64,000 bases of DNA from positions 31,620,001 to 31,684,000 of the forward strand of contig OX597822.1 of NCBI GenBank assembly GCA_951406725.2, given 5' to 3'. This document shows, one piece after another, positions 1 through 12,890 of this stretch; position 1 is the first letter of the stretch, and each line of letters begins with the position of its first letter. The DNA comes from Octopus vulgaris. Its lineage: Eukaryota. The notes beneath the pieces were generated by a model, which worked only from the letters and a program-made list of their open reading frames with translations, was not told where the DNA came from and did not search any database. The position numbers and the translations under genes are program-made.

Positions 1-257
1 CATACACTTACAAAGACTACAGACAAGCTCTAGGGGAATCTGTCAATAAGCTAGACATAAACTCCACCCCTACATTCTAGCTATGAACTCGTTAAATCAC
101 AACAATATGGTTAATTACAATGGGCAGCTGTAGTTCAGAGTAAAGAATGTGTATCTTAAAAGTGAACACCTGTGAATAATTTTGTTTAATACAAAGACAT
201 TCAACGTAGAACAAGCAATAGAAGTAAAGAGAATAAACACTAATTTCATTCCAGCAT

Positions 258-259
<2 letters not shown>

Positions 260-333
<74 letters not shown>

Positions 334-372
334 CATTATTATTATTATTATTATCATTATCATAATTATTGT
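260..372. repeat. (ATT)n microsatellite
   Basis: Long near-perfect ATT run; explains the poly-N/poly-I ORFs at 92-465. Confidence 0.95.
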
Positions 373-1029
373 TATTGTGGTGGTAGTGGTCTTGGTGGTA
401 GCAGAAGTAGTAGCAAGGTAAAAGTGTACATATATATATATGTATGTACTGATATACACACACACACGTATATATACATGTGTATATATGAATATGTATG
501 TGTGTATGTGTTTGTCTGTCAGTAACTGAGTGAGTGCGTATGTGTATGTGTATATGTGTGTGCGTGTGTTGTTTGTGTATGTGTGCCTGTGCGCGCTCGT
601 GTGTGTATATATATATATCGCACTGATAAGAAAACTTATTTTTATTTCGAGTGTTCGACTGTTTGAATTCTGCTGCGTTATTCCCTATCTCTGCATTCCT
701 TCACTGTTTATCAGCTACGGAATGGTTTTCTTTATTTCTCATTTATTTTTGATTGTAAGTAGTGGGTAAAGGTGAAAAATATGTGAACAAATCAAGCTAG
801 ACACATAGCACTATCATGAGGATGTAATTAAAAGCTTGCAATCTCATTTAATGATCTTGCTCAAGACGACCATAAACATATTAACATATATGGCTGTAAG
901 AATATGTATATATATGTATATATATATGTATGTGTGTGTGCGTGTATGTATATATATATATATATATATATACCTACATATATATATACACATATGTATA
1001 TATATTGATATAGATATACATACGTATGT

Positions 1030-1082
<53 letters not shown>

Positions 1083-1425
1083 TATACATACATATATATA
1101 TATACATACAAGGGCGCACAGACAACTTATAGGTGTTTGTGTTTCTATACATGCATGTATATACATATATAAATGTATGTACATACATACACAAATATAT
1201 TTATATGCATGAAGATATCAATCTGTGTGTAAGATTATGTGTGTGTGTGAGCGTGTATTTCCTTTCTGTGCACTGGGTCTGTACGTATATATATATATAT
1301 GCACGTCCCTAAGAAGTTGTGCAAATAAACACATACATGTATATATATACATTGATAAGTGTTGTTTGTAGAAGGATATATGTGTAGAGTGCATATATCA
1401 ATTCACGTTTATAAACATTATCAGC

Positions 1426-1492
<67 letters not shown>

Positions 1493-1871
1493 GGGATTCA
1501 CACATATATACATATGCATAGGGAGTGAAGAGACCAAAGAAGAGAATGTGGGAGGAATGGAATTGTATTTTCTAAACAAAATTCGAATTATTTTTCTCAT
1601 CGTATAATAAATGGATACTGGCTTGTCAGTAAGTTATTTGGCTGTAGGCGAAAATACGCGTCTGAAGACAGAGAGAAAGTATTGGATACTTATAGTGACG
1701 TGGCTGAGAATATGTTCAGCAGATGAGATAATAATAATTTGTTAGTGCCATTTCTTAAGTCAGACATAAAGGAATGGTAACAATAATCATGGAAGCCGGT
1801 TCATTACTGCGTTTGATGTATCCCCGAATATACAGGAATAAAAGTGCAATAATGATGGGGTTCAAGAAGAA

Positions 1872-2162
1872 TGTATGATGGTAATGATGATGAAAATGAT
1901 GACGATGATTATTACGACGGCGACAACGATGACGACGACGACAACGATGACGACGACGACAACGATGACGACGACGTTGAATGCGATCGTAAGGATGATG
2001 ATAATGATGACCAGGATGATGATGGCGGTGATGATGGATGTGATGGTATTGATGATGATGATGATGATGACTATGATGACGACGACGACTACTTCTGAAG
2101 ATGACGATGATGATGCTGGTGGTAATGATGATGATGATGATGACGATGATGATGATGATCAT
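1872..2162. repeat. Compound (GAT)n/(GAC)n low-complexity tract
   Basis: Direct reading; explains the D-, M- and H-rich ORFs. Confidence 0.9.
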
Positions 2163-5100
2163 GAATAAGTTTGTTATTATCGTCATCATAATTTGCATAA
2201 TTTCTCCAGATGTCATACCTGTGCTTACCGTTAATGCGATCGATCACAGCAATTTAAAACATGCTCTTCCATCAAACAGTCATTGCGTTAGAACATTATA
2301 TCAGACGTGTAGCCTTCAATCGGCGAAGTCTTCAGGGGTCTGAGTACACATGTACTAACGCTATGTATAATCCACTTTACCTGTTATCGGCCTTCTCCAC
2401 CTTACTCGAAGTTGGTATTATTGTTAGTACCATTATTGTTATATATCATCTCTATCAACACCGATGAGGCAGAATTACCTTCTTCGCGATTATCCCTTAG
2501 AAATAAAAGAATTACTTTACTTAACGTGTCTTTTTTTACTTTAGATCTCTAAGATTCGAGTTATTTCTATTTCGTGGTTTGTGGGTTTTAATTACTTATC
2601 TTGACATGCATAGTTCACGAAAATAACTACAGTCAATCATGGAGAGGGGAATGTTGTTTCCTCTATCAGTAGTCTGATAGTTTTGTAGCTTGTCCAGCAG
2701 TTAGAAGCTATCGCATTAAGATGGTATTTATTTATTTCATCTTGTATCCGTTTCTGATTTTTTATACACAAGTACACCCACACCTACACATTCATACACA
2801 CAAACTCACACACATATACATATACATACACACACATGCACACCCACACAAACACACGCATACACACACATGTACAGATTAGTCTAATCGTAAAAAAAAC
2901 ATACTCCTTACGTCTGATATCTATTTTCTAAACACTAGTGATAGTAGAATTAAAATTAACCTGTCTCAGTACAGAATCGTTTCGCTTGGAATTTTCCGGT
3001 TAATTAATTCAGTCTACTTCATGCAAATTTCTTGATATTGACTTCGTTATTCACTAAACTTCTTTTCACATTACTTCCTTTTTTTTTTTCTTGATTTTGG
3101 CTAGAATGTATTCTAGACACTGCATAAGATGCTAATATTTAAAATCGAAAACTGATGAGACACTAGATAACTTGACTAATTGCAACATGTTCTTTAATTT
3201 CGGTATTTTCCGTTAACGAATTAAATGCCACTAACCTCTCAGATGATGAAGCATTTCAGCATTCTACTAGTAAACACACTGGTCTCTCGATTCAGTGCAT
3301 ATTTATTTGGTTGAATAATTTTGCTAAATAGATCATTTTCTTCATTTATGCCGCTGATTTAAAAACCATTGAACTATCATGTTCTCAGCTTATGCATATG
3401 TACATTTTAAACCATCTTTAGAGTTTCGATTTATATAATAAAAATTGACATTCTTAACTTATTTCCTTAGGTATCAAATTACTTCTATGTATCTATTTTT
3501 CTATTGTTTTTATAAAGCTCTCGCATTTACAAATTCCTTTAATTAAATATTGATTGATTGATTGATTGATTTTAGTATGTTATTTCTACTATTTTCTATT
3601 TAACCTCTATGAGAAGATAACATTTAATGGTAGAGAAATATCTAAGTAATATGCAAGAACCATTTGTACCTTTTTTTAAGTATCATAAACATTGCGAAGT
3701 AAATTTGATTAGGTGTAAGATAAATACGATGTTATGGCAAAGAAAGCTATGGCATTCAACATGAAATATTATAGAAATATAATTCATATTTCGTATACAC
3801 AGAATGCTGTATTATTGAGAATTAGGAACGAAATTGTTGAGTGCAAACAATACACAGACAGAGTATAAATTAATTTGGTCATGTGACTAAATCCCGTCAC
3901 ACTTTTGATCCAGTATAATCACATTATTCATCGATTGTCATGCATGAGCAAATAACTGGGAAAGCGGTCTAGGAATGCAATGAAGGATGTATCGACCTAA
4001 CATCTAGGAGTTGTAATATGAATATGATTGTGGAAAATGCATGTGAAAACTTTTCTGTGTCTGTTACTGGTCCATAGGTTACATTACATATTTTGATTAC
4101 TTCAAAGGAAATAATAGACATTCGGAATGGAAACACGAGGTTTAGTTTTGCTTTAATCAATATAATATAATTAATAACAGGGTTATATAATTAATAACAA
4201 AAACACATCAGCTGTGTATGAGAACTACACACCCACATATACACACACCGAGAAGGCAATTTTTACATCTTATATTTAATCGGTATTAGCATAATTGTAA
4301 TCAACACAGCTATACTCTTTTATTCTTTTATTTGATTCTGTCATCGACTGTGGCCATGCTGGAGCACCACCTCAATAAAATTCGATGCTTCTAAAGTCGA
4401 TTAACGAATGGTCAATGAAATAATTTCTAACTTATATTTTCATTTTATATTCAAATGTTTCGAAACAAAAGTTGGAACACGAGCGCCAAATGCCACAGGA
4501 AAGACAATGAAATATTTTTCCATAGCTCATATTTGGGATGATAAAAGCAAAGACTGAAATGGGTATTGTACATAATTGCGAAGAAATTGCAGTTCTGAAG
4601 ACTTGTTTATTACCAAAGGTCTATTATATTTTTATCTTCAAGGTATTGCTATAGCTATCAGGTTGGATAATTTGAGCATATGAGCTATCCTCTAAATATC
4701 AAAGACGCTATATTTTCCAGCATTAAATTTAACAACATGCCCTACATCTATCACAAAGAACCGTATTAGAGAATTCATCACGTTGATTTTCTTGCTTCTA
4801 ATTGTGTGTGTGTATATATATATGTATGTGTGTGTATGTATTTATTGCATATATAGATATATACATACATATTATATACATGCACAAACAGATATATGTG
4901 TGTATATGTGCGTGTATGCATATTTTTGAGAAGTGTTATTCTCAGGAGTCATGTAATCCCGAGACACATAATGCGTAATATATTCCTGCATGACTGTTTC
5001 AAAGAAAATTCTCGGTGACTATTTCGCGAATCAAGGAATATCTAATGTTCGTCATTATAGATTTACATTTTGCAGATATTTATGAACCAACCTTTACCGT

Positions 5101-6574
5101 CATTTACTTCTATAAAGATAAATGTTCGTATAACCCTATAATTCGTTAACATTTACAGCAGATTCAGTTGAAAGAATCATCGCAAGTTTGAAATAGGTTT
5201 CTTTAAATGCTTAAACTCTTGATAATATTACTAAATAGGCAGTACTAGTCGGTTCCATTGATCACAGTTTTAACCTGGCTTAAAGTCCTGTTCTTTTATT
5301 AGATTCTCTATTCACGGATAATGGCGTTGCTTTGGAATAATCTTATTCTTTTCTCAAAGGGATATCGGTGGAAAAAATAATGCAGATATATTATCGTGAA
5401 CATGGTTTCACTGTACCTTATGTGATATACCAGAGATTGACCCTCTTTTGAAGCCTATACTAAGCTATGCAATATTTATTAATTTTGGATGTGTGACAAA
5501 TTTTCGAAATCAAATTTTCAAATTCCTGGAAATCCTGTGTTCCTGACATTACATAGACAATTTACAATAATTGAGTTGTACATCACAGTACGCTACATAA
5601 GTAAACATTGGTATGAAAATCGAAATAGAGAGTCATATCCATATCTAAATACATACAAAAATTTATATTCTGTGATATATCATTCCAGAGGTTTTCTCAT
5701 ATTCACTGTCTCTTCTGTTATGACAAGTAAAATATTGTATTTGATTAATTCAAGTCAGTATTTTGGGGAAAGATTTATATGCTTCAATTCAATTAACTTG
5801 TCACTAAAATTTATAGAAATATTTTCTACTTTTCGAATATTTTAATCATATCTAGACATACATCTCTATCACATAACGTCATCTTTCGTCTTACTGTGCA
5901 AGTTTTAATATACAATTCTGTCATTGATGGCAAAAGTAACTTAACATCAATAGCTACATATTTAGAATGCTGCAATCCATTCTACAGTTAATCGTTTTAA
6001 GAACTGTGAATGTCAGAATCAGATTCGCAGACGTCCGTTGCTCATATTGATCGGAGTATGTTTAAAACTCTTATATTTGCAGTATTACTCACGAAAAGCC
6101 CCTAATCTGCCATCGGCTACAGATTTTTGCCAGACATTGATGTTTTGCGTTTTTTTGTTATGTCTTACTAGTGAAAGTGTTGCAGCTGATTGTTTTTCCA
6201 CATTAGCAATTTTGTTACTAGAATTTACTATGAAAAATTATGAGGTAAAACAAAAAAATAACTCAAAAAGTTTAACTCAAGAACTAGGATAGCAAATTCA
6301 CGTGAAATTACAAGAAAAAGAACAAATGTTACGTGCGAATCTTAGAGAATGGGTCATTTAGACATTTTCATGAGGCAGTGTGAACAAACATTGGAATGGT
6401 ATCGGATTTTTGTTATTTTCCGAGTGAAATGTATTCAGACAAGTAACATTGTCCATCAGACAAGTTATAATATTTTAGATGTGGGTCGGCTGTTTCAGTT
6501 TTTGGCAGTAACATTATCCCACATATATGAACAAAATTTTTATCCAAACATTCGCCATGCTAGGCCGCTGAATT

Positions 6575-6745
6575 CTACACGTGTTTATCATTCTCCCTCT
6601 GCTTACTTCCTTTTATTCCTTTCTGTTGAAGAGTGTATGCTCGAAACTTAAAAGACCTTTTCCTTTTTCTCGTGCATCAAAATAATACGCTTGTTGATCA
6701 TCGCCCATTTTCGTCTCTTGGCTTTCTGCAAATTTCAACCATATA
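6575..6745 (+). mobile_element. Short hammerhead-bearing element, family H1 (probable Penelope-like pLTR derivative), copy 1
   Basis: Aligns by eye to 45533-45746 (+) and 20540-20708 (-): ctacacg...ctttctgtNgaagagYgtaKgctcgaaac...aaagac; ends in (TA)n. Confidence 0.7.
6619..6654 (+). ncRNA. Minimal type-I hammerhead-like motif (variant core CUGUUGA)
   Basis: cttt-CTGTTGA-a-gagt gtat gctc-GAAA-ct-TA-aaag: stem I cttt/aaag, 4-bp stem II (one G-U), GAAA, UA site. Confidence 0.5.
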
Positions 6746-6816
6746 TATATATATATATGGTTGAAATTTGCAGAAAGCGAAGAGACGAAAATGGGTGATG
6801 ATCAACAAGCGTATTA
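6683..6816. repeat. 134-bp near-perfect palindrome centred on (TA)n
   Basis: Left arm taatacgcttgttgatcatcgcccattttcgtctcttggctttctgcaaatttcaacc and its reverse complement on the right differ at 2 positions. Confidence 0.95.
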
Positions 6817-7459
6817 GTTTGATGTATGTATGTATACATATACATTCGTATGTATATACGTATGTGTACGTATGTATGTATATATATATATATACATACA
6901 CACACAAACAAACACATATATATTACTTAAAGTTTACAAGAGTTTATACGTAAGCTACTTCAAGTTTCATGTTCGGATAATGTATAACTTGCTGCAGACG
7001 ATCCACCGTTCGTTCAGACTCAAGTTTAATTCTATGATGATACGAGAGCAATGTGAAAGTACCACTTGGGAAATCGATGAAGAAATGTTAAGGGAAATAC
7101 GTTTCAGTACATTTAACACGTTACACATATAGACATAGGTAACGTTGCTATGTGTGTGTGTGAATGTGTGTGTGTATATACTTTTATGTGCGCTTATATT
7201 ATTATTGCAACCAGAATATATTGTCACACGTATACAACGACTCTGGATCGTAACACTGCTAAAAAACCTCATTTCAATCCAGAGTAGAAATATGGAAAAC
7301 GAAACAACTGCTCGCTAATTTTCTCTTTGCATTTTGAACATTAAATTTTTGTTTTGCATGACAATGACTAAGGAGTTGTCGTTGTCGATGCTGTTGATGT
7401 TACAAAGATGACAATGGCAGTTAATTTTTATTTATATATTTATATCAGTATCACTATAC

Positions 7460-7528
<69 letters not shown>
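7460..7528. repeat. (ATT)n microsatellite
   Basis: Perfect ATT run. Confidence 0.95.
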
Positions 7529-7529
<1 letters not shown>

Positions 7530-9239
7530 GCTATAAACATTTTTTACCAATAAAACTATGAAGAAATATCTGCTTTGTTTGCTGCTGAACAATTGTTGTT
7601 CTTCCTTCCATTGATTTCCTTTTTATCAGTCTTTGAACACTGTCATAAACATAAAATTATATATATTTTCTAAATATATTTATACGCTGTAAACAAAAAC
7701 TTCAGAAAATAATAGACTTATTTCCTTTTTCATCTTTCTTTTCAAATTCATTTTTGCATATTTTGTATTTTTCTTTTCTACTTTGTTTCTTGTCAAAATC
7801 TGCTAAATTGCTGTACAATATTAAAATGGTTATTATTTGGAATGGTTATTATTTGAATAAAATATTTTTTCCCGTGGTTGGCGAACAGATTGACGATATA
7901 ACGTATTATCTTTTGGCTTGGATATCCATTCATCCAGCGTAAATTTATTTATGTGTTCTTTAATATGTAAATTGATTTTCTACTTGCTTAATGATAGTGT
8001 CTTTAAAATGAGTAATTTCTTATGAGAATTTCAAATGTTGTATTTACATTGTTATATTTCTTCCATTTTATGTATTTATTTTTATGATTTAAAATATATA
8101 AGCTGAAATATATTACCAGGAAAGAAGTAAGAAAACAAGTTGGGGGCCTTTTTACGTAATATACTAGTGTAATTTTAAAAATGCACAGCCCAACATATAA
8201 CGTAATAGAAATTCAACTTTTTGCTAACGAAGTAAATAATTGAAAAATTTAAGGCATTAAATATTATTGCTAGGCATTGCTGAAAAAAGTGATTATCGAA
8301 ATACTCTGTAAAGGTAAAACATAATGGGGCCTCTCTAGCAAAGAATTGCTCTGAGAACTTTATAATTTTTATTGATATTTCATGGATTTTCATTGATAGT
8401 ATTTTATGGGCATCAGATAAAAAAGCAAAGGAAATATATAGATCCATAGAAATTATGTGTTACGGTAAACAGGGAAAATATAATGTACCACCACATATCC
8501 GTTTCAATAGTGAAGGCAGTTGCATGCACACGCGTGTGTGTGATTACTCTGCGAGAATAACTTGAATAAAATTCAACCATTATATCGTTACTTTTATTGA
8601 GTAGTTAAAAGGAAAACAGAGTAATTTATCGGAATATCGATAAAAGTAATATGTGTACCTAAAACATGTCCATTTTCTCCCGATACGCTCACGGGCATCA
8701 CCTTAAACATTGCAAAATCACGAAGGCGCTTTTAATTTTATTGTGTTATTGTTGCTTATACCTGTCAGTTGTATTTATGCCGTAATGAACGAGCATATTT
8801 CAAATAAATGGAGTAATCTGTTGAGCTGTTTCCAACGCAGTGCTGATGGAATGTCATGTACGAATGTTCGTGCTATAGTACACTGGCATTACACCAATCT
8901 ATAATTCCTTACGTTATGTACAGAATCTAAACGCTGAACTGTTTGGAATTCATGCAGTTTCTATGCATTGTAAGAAATACAGATCTGTTTGCATGAGAAA
9001 ATATATGGCAAAAACAAAATATAAATAATTATATGAAAGCGGAAATATATAACATGCACTTACCTCTATGATCAGAGCTGTATATCAAATCCACTATTAT
9101 CCATTTAGATGTAATCCATTTTTATCATCATGTAAATTAATACCTGAAAAACAAATTAAGGAAAAATGTAATTAATTTCCAATGTAGAAGAATAAATTTT
9201 GCTATAAACTACGTTTCAAAGAACATGAAATATTGGTTT

Positions 9240-9446
9240 CTAATGTTGGTAAAGGCCCGCAATGTTAGGGGAGGGGAAGTTGATTACATTGACTCCAGTA
9301 CTCAACTGGTACTTATTTTGTCAAGTCCGAGAGGATGAAAGGTAAAGTAAACCCAGGCAGTATTTGAACTCACAACGGCAAGACGGACGAAATACCGCTA
9401 AGTATTTTAGCCGACCTTCTAACGGTTCTGCCAGCCCGCTGCTTTA
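9240..9446 (-). mobile_element. tRNA-derived SINE family A, diverged copy
   Basis: Reverse complement matches 27969-28200 (gctggcagaa.cgttag...gagttcaaat...cctttcatcc...taagtaccagtt). Confidence 0.85.
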
Positions 9447-9814
9447 AGGACGTCAAATATTAAATACCTGGAAAACAACATGGAAATATTACTGATGTCT
9501 TATTTAAAGCCGCAGCCACGATTTGTCTATGAACTGCCATTCATGTTTCATTGTTTGATTTAGAACGCGAGAAAAAGCCTAAAAATTTTTCAACCACGAA
9601 CAGAAGACAACTTATTCATACATTTAAAATCACAGCTGATCTTGTCCTTTTCACATGTCATCAAACGATGTCCATCACATTTATCTCAACGGTTTATAAA
9701 GAAGTGAGAACAAATCATCTCAACAGCTTTTGCTAATAAATTATTCATGCTATATGTCATGGTAACAATTAGCAAATATTTAACCAACAAATGATACGCA
9801 CTTAAGCGGATATA

Positions 9815-10872
9815 CAGTAGAACCTCGCAATACGAGTGCACCATTGTACGAGTAATTTACTGTGTGAGTCGTGGTTCGTGTGAAATTTTGTCTTGAAGTA
9901 CGAGCGGAAATCCGTAGTACGAGCGAGTTTCATACAAGCGACTACTTGTCAGCGCTGAGATCGCACACGCTCTCCCAACAAGTATAGTTTCTGCTCACTC
10001 AGTTCACTTGTTTATTTCTTTGTGGCAGCATCCCTGTTGTGCTTTTCCCAGTGTTTTTGATTAGTTTTGTGCATTTTGTGCTATTATTTTATAATAATTA
10101 GATGTGTTAGTCATGGGTCCTAAGAAGGTTAGTGCAAAGGACAGTGCTGAATGCGGTGGAAGAGATTGTTTCCCCGGAGGTTGACAGTGTAGCGGAGAAT
10201 GCTATCCCTACGACTGTCATAAAGTCAGAGTTGGCAAAGTTAATTTAAGTTAATTTGGGGCTAAAAAAGCAAAAGCAAGGCCATGTAGAGGGAAAGTGAT
10301 AGTATGTGTCTGAATTTGTAAAAAATTATCATCATGAAAATGTAGCTACAGATCGTGCAGTAACTTTATTTAATGACGCTGCTCAGGCGGCTTTTCGTGT
10401 CATTTTGAAAGGCAGGTAAAAGCAGGCTTCTCTTGATATATTTGTATTGAAACTACCTGCAAGTGTAAAAAGTGACGGAAGTGCATCCAAAAAGCCTAAA
10501 TTAAGCGAAGTGAGAGAGAAAGCGCCAGATATTTTTTTCTGAAGTCTAAATGGAAAGAGATTCTCCTTTCAAACAGCAATTCACCTCCCCCACGCTATAG
10601 TCTTCCTCGCGCACAAATCGTCCTATCTTTGAGGTAATTCAATAAATAAGACCAGTTTACATATATCTTTAATAATTGCCATTTGACATGTAAATACAAC
10701 TTTCCTGGTTCAAAACTCATAAAAAAATTATTTTCTGGTGGTTTGGTGGGTTTGGAACGGATTAATTATATTTTAATTAATTTCAATCGGGAAAATTGAT
10801 TTGCAAAACGAGTAGATCGTAAAACGAGTTCGGTCATAGAAGGAATTAAATTCGCACTGCAAGGTTTCATGG
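9815..10872 (+). mobile_element. Internally deleted Tigger/pogo-type DNA transposon
   Basis: TA-flanked; left end cagtagaacctcgcaatacgagt loosely matches right-end reverse complement ccatgaaaccttgcagtgcgaat; remnants MGPKKVSAKDSAE (10113) and ATDRAVTLFNDA..FRVILKGR*KQASLDIF resemble Tigger transposase termini. Confidence 0.8.
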
Positions 10873-10887
10873 TAATATTAGCTTTAA

Positions 10888-11106
10888 CCCTTTAGTATTC
10901 AGATTATTCTATCAAACATAATGCTAATTGATTCCCATTGATTTGAATTAATCATGCATTATCTCATATCTTCAAGATCTTGATGGTGTAATTACTTAAT
11001 GTAGAATAACATTGTAGGGTAGGTGTGAGAGCCTGGATCTGGTCAGTTTGAACATAAAACAGATTAACTATTTTGGCCGGATATGGCCGGTTTAAATACT
11101 AAAGGG
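10888..11106. mobile_element. piggyBac-like MITE
   Basis: TTAA|CCCTTTAGTATT ... AATACTAAAGGG|ATAA: 12-bp perfect TIR with CCC/GGG ends and a TTAA-like target site. Confidence 0.75.
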
Positions 11107-12315
11107 ATAATTCATCCCTTCGAGAAAATCAAGGGAGACAATTCTAAAGTTCACTTAAAGGTCCATACTCTGAAAGTTAATCACTTGTTCATTTTAGCGA
11201 GTGGATACATGTTATATGGATAGAAAAGGAAAAATTGAAAGTACATTTGACTGGTAAAATTTTGCTCAATATAAAAACGAAAGCGTTGAAGAATTTTACA
11301 TCACGTATTTCTGTAAGACTGCAGTATTATTTTCTATCATTAGACAATTTTAGTGAGAAAGTTAAAGCATGTTTGTTTATACACGTACAACACAGTATTG
11401 CTCGTTATTCCTCAATTAATATCTACTAATATCTGGGAGGCTTCCTCTAAAATGTATAATGGCCCAATGGTGAATACTACCATTTCTCGTGATATGGAAG
11501 CTAGATATAAATGACTATCCCTCGGGATGTGGAAATGGCCAACAGCCAACAATATCTCAGACTCAACAACATATCAACATCCATTATTCTTACCTACAAT
11601 TTATTTTGTGAGTGTGTTAGTGTGTGTGGGCGTGCGTATGTGAGAGTGTACGCGAGTGCGTATGTAAATCTACACATATATAAATACATGGTACACAGCA
11701 ACTGCATAAACACGTATATATATATATATATATATATATACAAATGCATATATGTAAATCCTTATGCGTGTTGCATATATATGTATAAATATGAATGGCT
11801 AGTTTAAGGTATGGATTCAGAACACCGAACGAATCTTATATATATATATAACTGCATATTCTGAAGGTAATACACATACATCTCATCAGGAATTGGTACT
11901 CATACATACACACACTTACACCGTAGCACACACACACATACATACACACACTCTCATACATACAGGCATATATATGTATGTGTGTGTGTGTATGCGTGTT
12001 TGTCTGTGTGTGTGAACGCGTACATTAAATATATAACATCATACGAACTCTACACATAGAAGACACATGCTGTCATGGTGAACGAAGTTGTTGCCGAAGA
12101 GTCGCCCCCATCGCAATTCTTGCTTTGTTTTCCAAAACTTCTCACAAAAGTTTATCCTAAATCCTCCTGGTTTTTCGTGTTTTAATCCAAAATGGAAACG
12201 AACACCATTCCTCCATGGGATTGGGTTGAAAATTCGTTAAGATATTAAAATATTTTCCTAACATAATCTTTATCCACGAATGCGGTTATGAGCACTCATT
12301 CTCATTGCTCAACAT

Positions 12316-12366
<51 letters not shown>

Positions 12367-12499
12367 GATATATCAATGTGTGTGTCTGTTTCCCGTAGCA
12401 GAATTATTCGCACTTAATCTACTGTCACAAGGGGTTTAATTAAATTCTCTATCTGTGAATGCAATGTGAGTAGAATGTTAGTTTCATTTTCAGTCTAGC

Positions 12500-12890
12500 A
12501 CTAATTGATACTACCCTCACATGTCTGCACTCCAGTATGGCCGGAATACAATGCTAACAAGCCTAAACGCATATACATGTAAGTAAGAAAGTATGCTGTC
12601 TTCTATTTTTTAATTATCAATCTATTTAGGAGGGAGGCAGTTTCCAACAAAAATACAAGGTTCCATCTTAGGAATGTAGTTAACACAAACAAATTTACAT
12701 TTGGAACTTGAGAAATGTCTTGCATATTTCTACTGCTTCACTCACAGATTTTTTTTTCAATGTACAAATTTGCTGGTCCATTTCTCTTTCTGAAATTCCC
12801 AGCTTGTCCAGATACTTCTTCAAGCACTTAATTAACAAAACCTAATTCTCCAATTGTCATTGATATGAATATGAATTCATAGTCTGGATA
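12500..12890 (-). mobile_element. 3' end of an R2/R4-group (restriction-like endonuclease) non-LTR retrotransposon, decayed
   Basis: Minus-strand YPDYEFIFISMTIGELGFV /frameshift/ KCLKKYLDKLGISE...KKSVSEAVEICKTFLKFQM* resembles the C-terminus of REL elements; the 3' UTR boundary is approximate. Confidence 0.65.

Noticed and set aside
92-1194. ORFs rich in I/N/YI/CV (and similar ORFs throughout the window)
   Set aside because: Translations of (ATT)n, (TA)n and (TG)n microsatellites; no coding signal
2210-2250. VLTVNAID resembling a cadherin repeat motif
   Set aside because: No other cadherin motifs (DxD, LDRE, DxNDNxP) follow; too short to be meaningful
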